From NCBI GenBank assembly GCA_963662665.2, contig CAXXJS010000050.1:77757-141756 (forward strand): a stretch of DNA of 64,000 bases. Direction: 5' to 3'. The notes under the pieces were generated by a model. The model did no database searches. It saw only the letters and a program-made list of their open reading frames with translations, and was not told where the DNA came from. Position numbers and translations under genes: made by a program. Source of the stretch: Candidatus Latescibacterota bacterium. Its GTDB lineage: Bacteria; Latescibacterota; UBA2968; GCA-2709665. Below, in pieces: positions 30,929 to 40,340 of the stretch. The first letter of the stretch is position 1; the number at the start of each line of letters is the position of its first letter.

Positions 30929-32491
30929 TTAAACCCGGGAAAGTCGATCGAGTATGCGATCAACGAGGCACTTTGCAGCCACTCTGTTCAAAGAGCACAC
31001 GTAAATGAGATCGAAAACTTCCTTGTAGGTCGCCCTTTTTGGTGATGGGAGGTATTCGAGGATGTCGCCATCAACCTTGGTCGTGTGAGTATCGACAGCA
31101 TTCTCAATCGAGGCAAGACGCCCCCTGAGCGCACCACGATCGTCATCCTCAAATAGATCAAAATCGATCGCTTTTCTCATTTCGGACAATAGAGTGGCGA
31201 CCTCGGCTTTGATGGACTTGGCGTATTGCTCCGAGACGGCGCCTTGCTTGATCACGTCCAGCTTCTCGAAAATCTTGTCAGCACTTAGCTCGAATGTCTT
31301 GAGACGGTTTCGCTTTTGAGAGGAAACACGGCATTCACGCGCGATTTGAGCCCCCACGGGGCGCAAATGCGCAATGATATTGTCTAAGTGTGCATTGCTT
31401 TCGAACTCATCCCGTCGTCCGTTCGGCACGATCCGCGTATCTAGAACGTGAATCTCTCCTATCGCCCAGGAACAGAAACGATCCTCGGGAAATATATCGA
31501 GAAAAAGACGATCATGGCCGACCTGGATGTTACCCACACGAGCGCGGAGTCCGCGAACTCCCTGAGATACCGGGATCGCGCCTTGATAGTCATGGTTGAC
31601 CAGCCATCCTACGGCAGCGATATCACCATCGATACTCTCGATCTTGAATGACTCAAGATTGAGCAGGTTCGCCTTTTTCGTGTCCGAATACACAACCTCA
31701 TCGCGATAGGGGCGAAAGACCGGCTCTTCTGCACCATTAATGTGAATGTTATAGGACTTGCCCGCTCGGCCGTGAGTCGCGAGGAGCGTCGCTATTTCGG
31801 GTCCGAATGAAAACTCGGGCGAGAACGGACACGGACAAACTTGACTGATGAAGGCTTCGATCTCCACTTCATTCAAGAGCCTGTCATTGGAAATCCGCCG
31901 CGGCTTGACGAACTCAACCTCGAAGAAATGAGTAGGATAGTCATCGGGATTAAGCAACTTCAATGTGACAGCCTCTCTCACGATCGTTGGTAGGTCCGTA
32001 ACTCTGTCAGTTGACGCTAGCATCGACTTGACCACGCGTCCGTCCCACATCGCCTCCATGACCTTTGTATCGCCGTCGGTCCTAGAGCGAAACAGGAGCT
32101 GTTGCACATAGCCTAGCCCAGAAAGTCGCCCGACACCGCGTAAACCCCGCGCATCCGTGCCACGCTTCTCGCTCGCCCCAATGGAAAGCATACGTGCTGG
32201 GAAATCCTCGTTGGAAATGCCCTTTCCATTGTCCCGGATCACGACTCGACGGTCAATATGATCGAGATTGATCTCGATCAGCCCGTCATCGATTGAAGGC
32301 AATAGGCCCAAAACCACAGCATCATCAATGGAGTCGGTGGCGTTTTGCACATACTCCCGGAAGATCGAAAGTGGATTGACATACATAGAGCTACTCAAGA
32401 TCTCCAGTACGTCCTTGCCTACGAAAACTTCGTGCTCCTCAAGAACCTCAGCATTAGCCCTTTTGACCTCGATCATCCCCTCGATCCCCAC
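30929..32491 (-). CDS. GHKL (Hsp90/MORC-like) ATPase
   Basis: Bergerat motifs FREYVQNATDS, IRDNGKGI and GLRGVGRLS, then GEIHV...PNGRRDEF in the second domain. Confidence 0.85.
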   Translation of the reverse strand: MGIEGMIEVKRANAEVLEEHEVFVGKDVLEILSSSMYVNPLSIFREYVQNATDSIDDAVVLGLLPSIDDGLIEINLDHIDRRVVIRDNGKGISNEDFPARMLSIGASEKRGTDARGLRGVGRLSGLGYVQQLLFRSRTDGDTKVMEAMWDGRVVKSMLASTDRVTDLPTIVREAVTLKLLNPDDYPTHFFEVEFVKPRRISNDRLLNEVEIEAFISQVCPCPFSPEFSFGPEIATLLATHGRAGKSYNIHINGAEEPVFRPYRDEVVYSDTKKANLLNLESFKIESIDGDIAAVGWLVNHDYQGAIPVSQGVRGLRARVGNIQVGHDRLFLDIFPEDRFCSWAIGEIHVLDTRIVPNGRRDEFESNAHLDNIIAHLRPVGAQIARECRVSSQKRNRLKTFELSADKIFEKLDVIKQGAVSEQYAKSIKAEVATLLSEMRKAIDFDLFEDDDRGALRGRLASIENAVDTHTTKVDGDILEYLPSPKRATYKEVFDLIYVCSLNRVAAKCLVDRILDRLSRV

Positions 32492-32496
32492 TTTTC

Positions 32497-34125
32497 CTAC
32501 ACATATACTTGGGTGGCAGTTTTTACCTGCTGTTTTGCCCTTGTACCCGGCTGCACATCCTGATCCGTCAGCGTCGCATCTTCCACGCGCTCATCTTCAG
32601 GCACCAGAATGGCATTGATGTCCTCGACTCGTCGTCGTTTTTGTGCCTCCCAGATCAGCACCTCATCGGCCTTGGGCATCGGCACGAAGTATCGTGCGGC
32701 CTCCCGCAATCTGCCTGCAGCAAGCAAACTCAGGTCGCGCTCATAGTCACTTTTTTCGCGACTACACAGATAACTAAGGAGCTCCGTACGCTCATCTGCC
32801 GATAGGGTCTCCATCACGGCCTGGAAGGAGTCGAACTCCGCCCGGCCATCAAACTGCTCGTACCAGTTGCGGTTGAAGATGTAATGGTGTGGCCGGAACA
32901 GAATCCCTTCGAATTGCTCGAAAGTGTCTCCGAAGGCCTTTCTGAAGAACTCAGGTGCACCGCTAACAATCCCGTGTGTCGCTTGCAGGATGACCTGCAT
33001 CGAGCGGAGATAATAGGAATTCCAGTTCTCACCGACATGGCCTCTGTCCTTACGCGTGACCGGCTGATAGCGCATCGGGAAAGAGAAGATGCGAATACCT
33101 AGCTCCTCATTCAGTGTCACGTTGAGACGCATACGTTCAAAGAGATCGTTCGGACTGTCATAAAAGTTGTAGAGCATATAGTTCGATAGCTCTGTAATCC
33201 CGGCCTCGGCAGCAAACCGGATGGCTTGTTCATAGGGCTTCCTAACGCCGAGATGGTCGAAGGCAATTCGCAATGGCTTCAGCGCAATACGCGAAAGCTG
33301 CTGCAAAAACATCGGATGTTTGCAGAGTATGCGGGCATCGACACCTTGATTGAAGTCCACCCGGCGTTGGTGGTCGTAGCGTCCGCGCTTGAGCGTCGCC
33401 CCGCGCTCAAAGCCAAGATCAATGATTTCCGCGATGATGTCCTTGAAGTTAGCGGAAGCGACGACATTGTTATCCATCAAGATCAGATCCCGCTTCTCAC
33501 CGTAGAGACGATTGACGCCCTCAATGATCTCGCTCAGCGAGTTTGTATCCCTCTGATCACCTTCAAGTTTCGGGACACCGCAGAACGCACATTTTCGAAC
33601 GCAGCCGCGCGAGGCGTAAGTGAAGTAGGCATCTGTTACAGGGTACTTATACTCAATATGGTCCAGAATGCTGTAATCCGGCACCAAGTCTTCGATGGGC
33701 TTGCCGTCTACATCATCCGCATAAAGTTCTTCTTCGAACGGGTCGAGGCATAACGAGATGGCGGGTGCGTCACCCAACAACCCCTTGATAAAACGGACGC
33801 CGCGCCACTTCGGCTCTTCGAGATACTTCTCATGCATTAGCGATGCAGCAATCCCACCGACAAAGACGCGGTGCGCCTGGCCGCCAGCCAAATCAAGCGC
33901 ATAATCGATGCTGCGTGCCGTGCGCTCCCACTCAAAGGAGAACAGCGTGGTAATATAGACGCGGTCCCAGGCTGTCTCGTGAGCTGAAGGGTCTTCACCC
34001 TTCACAAAGCGAACATTGTCCTTCTTGCCGTTGGGGCCATGATACTGGGCAATTTTCATCAGCCCTAGTGGTGGGTATTTGTTCCTGTAACCCGGTTCGA
34101 CAAGAAGGATGTTCTTGTTTGCCAT
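32497..34125 (-). CDS. radical SAM protein with a B12-binding-like N-terminal region
   Basis: SRGCVRKCAFC (CxxxCxxC at 33580-33603), N-terminal ILLVEP...YPPLGLMKIA, then LMDNN and DFNQGVDAR. Confidence 0.88.
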   Translation of the reverse strand: MANKNILLVEPGYRNKYPPLGLMKIAQYHGPNGKKDNVRFVKGEDPSAHETAWDRVYITTLFSFEWERTARSIDYALDLAGGQAHRVFVGGIAASLMHEKYLEEPKWRGVRFIKGLLGDAPAISLCLDPFEEELYADDVDGKPIEDLVPDYSILDHIEYKYPVTDAYFTYASRGCVRKCAFCGVPKLEGDQRDTNSLSEIIEGVNRLYGEKRDLILMDNNVVASANFKDIIAEIIDLGFERGATLKRGRYDHQRRVDFNQGVDARILCKHPMFLQQLSRIALKPLRIAFDHLGVRKPYEQAIRFAAEAGITELSNYMLYNFYDSPNDLFERMRLNVTLNEELGIRIFSFPMRYQPVTRKDRGHVGENWNSYYLRSMQVILQATHGIVSGAPEFFRKAFGDTFEQFEGILFRPHHYIFNRNWYEQFDGRAEFDSFQAVMETLSADERTELLSYLCSREKSDYERDLSLLAAGRLREAARYFVPMPKADEVLIWEAQKRRRVEDINAILVPEDERVEDATLTDQDVQPGTRAKQQVKTATQVYV

Positions 34126-34232
34126 GATCTGCCTCGACCGATATTTCGTACATCTAATCTACAGAGATTGGGTTTATCGAACCAGTTTCTGCGGTTCCTT
34201 GAGATCTCCTTAACCAACCGTGCCGGGATCGG

Positions 34233-36566
34233 TTATGAAACCACCGGAGTTTCTGAGATATCCTTAGGGAAAAACTCCTCAACTCTATCGTAGATTTTTT
34301 TAACTTTCGTGACTTGCTTTGAGTTCAGAGCGCCTTGCTCGGGATGTGCGACTATATTACGTATTTTATTGAGGTCCGTAATCCATTTCGTGTTTACTCT
34401 TTTCGCTTCTTTGTCTTTGGCGTCTAGCGAAATTACGTTTTTAACCAAGTCCCAGTTTTGAATGCATATTTCAACGTAGTTCTGCAGGTAGAGTTGACTT
34501 TCTTCGTCGCCCACACGGTTTTTTTCCTCCCACCGGCTACTACAATCCACACGAATTTTGGAAGGCACTCCCTGAACCCACCAAGCCTTGTCTTGTGTCC
34601 CATATTCCTCTTTCAACACGCCAATGACGTACTCGAATATTCTCTTCTGAATCCGGAGAACATTCGTGCGTGCTTCCTCGGTGCCCGCCTCATCACGCGA
34701 GTCAATGTACTTCTGCAGCCCTGCTGGTTTGAACTCGGGATACTCTTTCCGGATTTGGGCTTCCATGCCATAGGCCTGTTGCCGAACGGCTGTCAGGGAC
34801 GAGCCAATGCGTCGGAAAGCCTGGACATCTTGGTCGGAGGCACTCTTGAAAAAGGCGATCAGCACTTGAAGATATGGACTTATTGCGGTGAATGTCTCTT
34901 CGGCACTGAAGAGATAAAGGTCCGTGCCGTCTTCTTGCCGAATATGATCAGCAATGTCCTCGATGACATGAAATAGAGCTCGGATGCCGTTATTCGTGCA
35001 CAGATACCCCCCTCGACCATCACCGATCTCCCAGTGATACGTAAGCTCGGTCGAGAACATCGTGAGGCAGTCCGAGAGCACTGATAAGGCTTTCTTCAGG
35101 TTCGCCTCATATTGGTCCGTCCTGATCGTGGACAGCGGGCCCGGTACAACTGCGCCCTTGGTGAACATTCCTAATAGCTTGGAAACGCGGAGGCCGTCTC
35201 GAATCGAGGTCTGCGTCAGGCAGCGAAACTGGGTCTTCCTCGTTCCGGTGACTACCATGCGGTCATGAAGCGGCGAGGAACCCTCGCTGTTGAGACGCGA
35301 GGCGATACGCGAGAGTAGGGCCTGGAACGCTTCTTCACGGTCGGATGAGCACCAGTGAAGGTCCGCGTAAAGCTCAACCAACAGGCCTGTACTCACCTTG
35401 ACTTGCTTGCTGTTGATATCGATGAAGAGGTTCATCTCCTTGTCGGAAGGGAGGTTTTCAAAAGCAAGTACGGGCAAGACCGTCGAATCCTGCTTGAAGG
35501 CTTTTTGCTCACGCGCATAGGCATAGCCGTAGAGCCTATGTTGGCCATCGATGATCCAGGCGGAGGCATAAAGCGGCGGCAGATGCAGTACGCCCAAGGC
35601 CTCATCACCGTAGTTCTCCTTTACATCGAACCGCAATTTGTTCTTCCTTCCAGTCTTCAGGTTGGCAACGATATTCGTCGGAAACTTGTTACCATCATTG
35701 ATGTATTCTGCGATCTTTTTCAGGCGGCGCGGCTGGAGCATGCGCTGGTATGTTTCCAAGTTCTCGATGTCGCGGCTTGCTTTGTGGCCGACGTAGGCAA
35801 TCTTCAAGAGTTCATCGGGGCGGATAAGGAAAGTGTAGAAGGTCTCACCGCCCATCTTACCGCGGGTTGCTACGACTTCTTTTGTTAGGCCGTCAATCTT
35901 CTGGCCTGCAAACATGTGCCCCAAAAACTGGTAGCGCGCCGCTTGCTTGAGGTGCTGCGCTAGCAACGCATAGTAATTGAGTTCGCCGTCGGAGATTACC
36001 GAAATCTGCGCTTGCTTGCACTTTTCAAGGTCCACGTCACTCCAAGAGATGTTTCTTGTTGCGATGACATATTTAACTTTGAGCTTACTGTATTGGCCGT
36101 AGACCTTGCGGATCGATTTGTGCAGGTTCTCGCGGATTGCCCTGATCTTCTCGATCAGCTGCGCCATGCTTTTTTTGCTCGGCGTGTCGCGCCGCGTGCA
36201 CTCCACGATTATGACAGTTTCATCATCTTTGGCGAACACGTCGATCTGGCGGGATGGCAGGCCATCTCCGACGGCAATGGTGAACTGGCGTCCTTTGCTC
36301 ATCTCCTTGAAGCCCATCTGGGCTAGGACGCTCCAGACTTCGTCTTCAAGTTGCTCGTCAGCAGGCTTCGGCTTGGCCATGCGCGTTGACTTGGCGTTTC
36401 TTCTGACTATCCGCCAACCGTCAGCTTCTTCGAGCTTCACCTTTGCAGCAATGATCTTTCTCGACGAACCCGATACAGTCTTGTATATATCCTTCCTTTT
36501 TCGGCTTCTGAGCTCTGTTGTGATCTCATCGCCGGAGACGAGGGGTCCTAGGTATTCATCCGTCAT
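34233..36566 (-). CDS. DGQHR/DndB-like domain protein with an N-terminal PD-(D/E)xK-like domain and a C-terminal HEPN-like domain
   Basis: QIDVFAKDDETVIIVEC; YQR...FPTNI...IIDGQHRL...FIDINSKQ; C-terminal WW...NW...RNIVAH (Rx4H). Confidence 0.85.
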   Translation of the reverse strand: MTDEYLGPLVSGDEITTELRSRKRKDIYKTVSGSSRKIIAAKVKLEEADGWRIVRRNAKSTRMAKPKPADEQLEDEVWSVLAQMGFKEMSKGRQFTIAVGDGLPSRQIDVFAKDDETVIIVECTRRDTPSKKSMAQLIEKIRAIRENLHKSIRKVYGQYSKLKVKYVIATRNISWSDVDLEKCKQAQISVISDGELNYYALLAQHLKQAARYQFLGHMFAGQKIDGLTKEVVATRGKMGGETFYTFLIRPDELLKIAYVGHKASRDIENLETYQRMLQPRRLKKIAEYINDGNKFPTNIVANLKTGRKNKLRFDVKENYGDEALGVLHLPPLYASAWIIDGQHRLYGYAYAREQKAFKQDSTVLPVLAFENLPSDKEMNLFIDINSKQVKVSTGLLVELYADLHWCSSDREEAFQALLSRIASRLNSEGSSPLHDRMVVTGTRKTQFRCLTQTSIRDGLRVSKLLGMFTKGAVVPGPLSTIRTDQYEANLKKALSVLSDCLTMFSTELTYHWEIGDGRGGYLCTNNGIRALFHVIEDIADHIRQEDGTDLYLFSAEETFTAISPYLQVLIAFFKSASDQDVQAFRRIGSSLTAVRQQAYGMEAQIRKEYPEFKPAGLQKYIDSRDEAGTEEARTNVLRIQKRIFEYVIGVLKEEYGTQDKAWWVQGVPSKIRVDCSSRWEEKNRVGDEESQLYLQNYVEICIQNWDLVKNVISLDAKDKEAKRVNTKWITDLNKIRNIVAHPEQGALNSKQVTKVKKIYDRVEEFFPKDISETPVVS

Positions 36567-36777
36567 GCCACAGAACGCTCCTGAATCAAAAAGCCGTTGA
36601 GAGAAGGTTCAAATTTACACGCGATTATAAGATATGAGCTTGACGGATTTACCCCTTGCCCATACCGGACGCCAGCCAACCAAGAAACACAACAACCGCC
36701 ACTGGTATTGCCAGCAACGGATAATGCCACCAATCAAATCTCTGCATTGTAACCGTCCGTTTTCGACATTTGGACAA

Positions 36778-37023
36778 TTACTCCACACGCTCATATACAT
36801 CATAACTGTGACGCAGAAGCCAGGTACCTTTCGTGTGGTCTTTGAGGACGCCACGGACATTCCGTTTCCATTTTGGTTCTGACGTCCAAGGAACTGGATC
36901 GAAATCTTCATCATCGAGCGAAGCCCGGTTTTCAACTATGTCGTATAATTCAGAAACATCGTAACGTCTTCCCATTTGCATACGCCTTTGAAGAATATCT
37001 CGGATCTGTGGGTATCTGGTCAT
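36778..37023 (-). CDS. small hypothetical protein, possibly a winged-helix domain like those N-terminal to restriction/HNH nucleases
   Basis: YDVSELYDIVE...EPKWKRNVRGVLK pattern. Co-oriented with the island genes. Confidence 0.5.
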   Translation of the reverse strand: MTRYPQIRDILQRRMQMGRRYDVSELYDIVENRASLDDEDFDPVPWTSEPKWKRNVRGVLKDHTKGTWLLRHSYDVYERVE

Positions 37024-37028
37024 AAGGC

Positions 37029-37400
37029 TTACCCTGAACGATATTGCAATTTAAGTTGTGGTTGATTGAGTCCGAGCCCGACAGTGCCGGGCGCATTGAA
37101 GCGCTTGCCCGCGAATATATCGTCCACAGTGAGTATTTGCAGAATCTGATATGCGGCTTGCCCGTTTTGAACGTCTCCCGCGTGTGCCGTTTCCCGCCTG
37201 AAGTTGTGTTCCTTTCGGTCGCCGAGGCGCTCCAGAACGATTCGCCCGCCCACCATGCCCAAGTAATTTACTAAAATGCTGCGCAACCCCCGCAAGTCGC
37301 AAATACCGACATTCTTACCCCCTTGACTTCTATGGCTATGCATTGCAGGTCCGGTTTCCTTGGACAGTCGAAATTCAGCCGGCCGTCGAAATGGTTGCCA
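37029..37400 (-). pseudogene. C-terminal relic of a restriction-endonuclease-like domain, of the type fused to DNA methyltransferases
   Basis: DGRLNFD...IAIEVKG shifts frame at the G5 run (37318-37322) into GKNVGICDLRGLR...LQILTVDDIFAGKRF. No 5' part is present. Confidence 0.55.
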
Positions 37401-37421
37401 CTTTGATGACCATGACCGCCT

Positions 37422-38573
37422 TCACGGAAGCACGGGCAATTCGCCGGGGACGCCAACGGGTTCGTCGTCTCCAGGAATGTCCTGTTCCGTGTGCAGTTCG
37501 TTGTAGAGATTGTCTCGTTCCGCCGGCTCCCTTCCGGCTTCGATAATGCGTTCCACCAGCTGTTTCCGGGCGAGGACCTGCCGGGTCTCCTCGTACGTGC
37601 GTCTCGTAATTTCGTATTCCTGGATGGTGCCGTCGATGTCATCCGCGCCGTACCATAGGGCGACCTGCGAGATTTCGATGGTGTTCATGATCCAGAAAGA
37701 CTTGATGTGCGGAAAATTGTCCAGCATGAGTCGGGCGACGGCGATTTCCCGCAGGTCTGCTTCGCCGGTGGGGGTGGGCAGGTCTTCCAGTTCGGTGCGT
37801 TCGGGGTGGAAGGAAAGCGGAATATATGCCAGAAAACCGCGGGTCTCGTCCTGGAGTTCCCGGAGGCTTACCAGATGCTGAACCCTTTCGTCCGGATTCT
37901 CTATGTGGCCGTAGAGCATCGTGGCGTTGGTGGGCAGGCCCACTTCGTGCGCGGTGCGGGCAACCCGCATCCATTCGTCGGAGTCGGCCTTGGTCCAGAA
38001 CATCTCCGCCTGGACCCGGTCGCTGAAGACTTCGGCGCCACCGCCGGGGACCGACGACACGCCAGACGCCTTGAGTTCCAGCATGACGTCCCGGAGCGGT
38101 TTCTTTGCGGCTCTTGCGATCTGTACCCATTCGATCGCCGTAAAGGCCTTTACGGCGACGTCCGGGCGGACTTCCTTCACGGCGCGTACGATGTCGATGT
38201 AGTAGGAATAGGGCAGCTTCGGGTTGATTCCCGCCACCATGTGGATTTCGGTGATGGGGATGTGCAGATATTGTCTTACCCTCTCCCGGACGTCTTCCGG
38301 GGAGAGGACATATCCCCGACGGTCTTTCGGCGGTACGTAAAAGGAGCAGAATCTGCAGAGTTTATTGCAGATGTTGGTGTAGTTGATGTGCTGGTTGCGC
38401 ACGTACCAGGCCACGTTCCCGCATAGACGCTCGCGGACGATATTGGCCATGAACCCCACCGCGTTGAGATTCGACGTCTTGTAAAGCCGCATCCCGTCGT
38501 CGGCGGAGAGGCGTTCGCCGGCGACGACTTTCTCGTAGATGTCGTAGAGTTCGCGTGGAATCTTCGGTTTCAC
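37422..38573 (-). CDS. mqnE: aminofutalosine synthase (radical SAM)
   Basis: HINYTNICNKLCRFCSF, KAFTAIE, PGGGAE, NATMLYGHIE and HIKSFW. Confidence 0.9.
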   Translation of the reverse strand: MKPKIPRELYDIYEKVVAGERLSADDGMRLYKTSNLNAVGFMANIVRERLCGNVAWYVRNQHINYTNICNKLCRFCSFYVPPKDRRGYVLSPEDVRERVRQYLHIPITEIHMVAGINPKLPYSYYIDIVRAVKEVRPDVAVKAFTAIEWVQIARAAKKPLRDVMLELKASGVSSVPGGGAEVFSDRVQAEMFWTKADSDEWMRVARTAHEVGLPTNATMLYGHIENPDERVQHLVSLRELQDETRGFLAYIPLSFHPERTELEDLPTPTGEADLREIAVARLMLDNFPHIKSFWIMNTIEISQVALWYGADDIDGTIQEYEITRRTYEETRQVLARKQLVERIIEAGREPAERDNLYNELHTEQDIPGDDEPVGVPGELPVLP

Positions 38574-38637
38574 CGGGTACTCCTTCCAGTTGCGGCAATC
38601 GGGACGACCCGACAGGTACGGGTCCGCCGGCGGGCGT

Positions 38638-40338
38638 TCAGTTCTGGCTCAGCAGTTCGCGGGCGTGTTCCATGGTTACGGCCGATATTTTTTCTCCGCC
38701 CAGCAGCTTTGCAAGTTCCCGGGCGCGGTCTTCGTCGCCCAGGTGGTTCACCCGCGTTACGGTGCGGCCGTTCGATACGCCTTTGTGCACGGCCAGATGG
38801 GAGTCCGCCATTCTGGCGATCTGCGGCAGATGGGTAATGCAGATGGTCTGGCGCGCACGTGACAGGCTCTTGAGTTTCCGTCCCACGACGTCGGCGATAC
38901 GGCCGGATATGCCGATATCGATCTCGTCAAAGATGAGCACCTGAACCGGATCGGATTGGGAGAGCACGGACTTGAGGGCAAGCATGATGCGTGACACTTC
39001 GCCGCCGGAAGCCACCTTGACCAGCGGCCTGAGGGCCTCGCCCGGGTTTGTGGAGATGTGGAATTCCACGCGCTCGATGCCCTTCGGGCCCGCTCGATAC
39101 CGCCGCCCGTCCATGCTTATCCAACCGTCGGGCGACGCTTCCCGCACTAGCTCAACGTGAAATTCGGCCCTCGGAATCCCCAGGTCGCTCAGCGCCTCCG
39201 TCGTTTTGCGAGAGAGGTCGCGGGCGGCGGCTTCACGCGCTTTGGAAAGCCCGGCGCAGGCTTGCGTCAGTCCCTCGCGGGCCGAATCGATTTCCCCTTC
39301 CACCGCGGCCAGCGAACGGTCCAATCGCTTCGATTGCGCGAGTTCCTCTTCCGCGTTTTCGCGGAACTCAAGTACCGTCTCGAGGCTGTCGCCGTATTTC
39401 TTCTTCAGGTGCGCCAGGAGATCCAGACGTCCGGTGACTTCGGCAAGGCGTTCCGGGTTGTGTTCGACGCTGCGTGCATAGTCCGAAAAAAAACGGGCCA
39501 GTTCTTCAATCGCATAGCGTTGGGCGGCCAGTTCGTCGGCCCGGATGCCTAGCGATTCGTCCATCTGTGCGGCGTCTTTCAGGAGATGCTCCGCGGCGCC
39601 AAGACGATCCACAATGGAGTCGTCCCCCTGGTAGAGCAACGTTTCCAGGTGCGTGGCGGTTTCGATAAGCCGCTCGGCATGCGTAAGCATAGACCTTTCC
39701 TGCAGGAGGCGCTCGTCCTCGTCCGGTTCCGGATCGGCCGAAGCGATTTCTTCCACCTGAAACTCGAGAAGCTCCCGCCGGTCCCGCATCCGTTGCGCCT
39801 CGGCGTCGGCGTTTCTCCGCTTCGCAAGGAGGTCGGACAGGCGCATGTGCGCAATACCAACCGATTCCCGGAGTTCTCCGAGTCCGGCGAACCCGTCCAG
39901 AAAGTCGATATGCCGCTCTGTGTAGAGAAGAGACTGGTGATCGTGTTGTCCGTGAAGGTCAACCAGGGCTCTGGCCAGGTTGAGCAGGCTGCGCAGGGGT
40001 ACGGCGAGGCCATTGACGAAACAGCGGCTTCGGCCATTCACAACGACTTCCCGGCGGATAATGAGTTCGCCCTCATCGGCCTCGACGCCCATGGCGTCCA
40101 GGAGCGGCAGACACCGGTGATCGGGTTGCAACTGGAAAATGGCCTCGACAAGACACCGTTTTTCTCTGGTTCGTACCACTTCCGGGCTTGCCCGCATACC
40201 GAGAACCAGACCCAGGGCGCCAATGAGGATCGATTTGCCCGCGCCGGTCTCCCCGGTAATGATGTTCAATCCGGGCCCGAATTCGATTTCAACTCTGTCG
40301 ATCAACGCGTAGTTGACGACCAGCAGTCGGCAGAGCAC
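38638..40338 (-). CDS. recN: DNA repair protein RecN
   Basis: TGETGAGKS, ASGGEVSR, IFDEID and ITHLPQ. Confidence 0.95.
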   Translation of the reverse strand: MLCRLLVVNYALIDRVEIEFGPGLNIITGETGAGKSILIGALGLVLGMRASPEVVRTREKRCLVEAIFQLQPDHRCLPLLDAMGVEADEGELIIRREVVVNGRSRCFVNGLAVPLRSLLNLARALVDLHGQHDHQSLLYTERHIDFLDGFAGLGELRESVGIAHMRLSDLLAKRRNADAEAQRMRDRRELLEFQVEEIASADPEPDEDERLLQERSMLTHAERLIETATHLETLLYQGDDSIVDRLGAAEHLLKDAAQMDESLGIRADELAAQRYAIEELARFFSDYARSVEHNPERLAEVTGRLDLLAHLKKKYGDSLETVLEFRENAEEELAQSKRLDRSLAAVEGEIDSAREGLTQACAGLSKAREAAARDLSRKTTEALSDLGIPRAEFHVELVREASPDGWISMDGRRYRAGPKGIERVEFHISTNPGEALRPLVKVASGGEVSRIMLALKSVLSQSDPVQVLIFDEIDIGISGRIADVVGRKLKSLSRARQTICITHLPQIARMADSHLAVHKGVSNGRTVTRVNHLGDEDRARELAKLLGGEKISAVTMEHARELLSQN

Positions 40339-40340
40339 GG

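Larger units (their letters stand above)
30758..37420 (-). mobile_element. genomic island inserted between mqnE and mqnC
   Basis: Visibly more AT-rich than the flanks, with defence-type gene content. It interrupts the co-oriented mqnE-mqnC-mqnA run. No integrase is visible and the boundaries are approximate. Confidence 0.7.
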
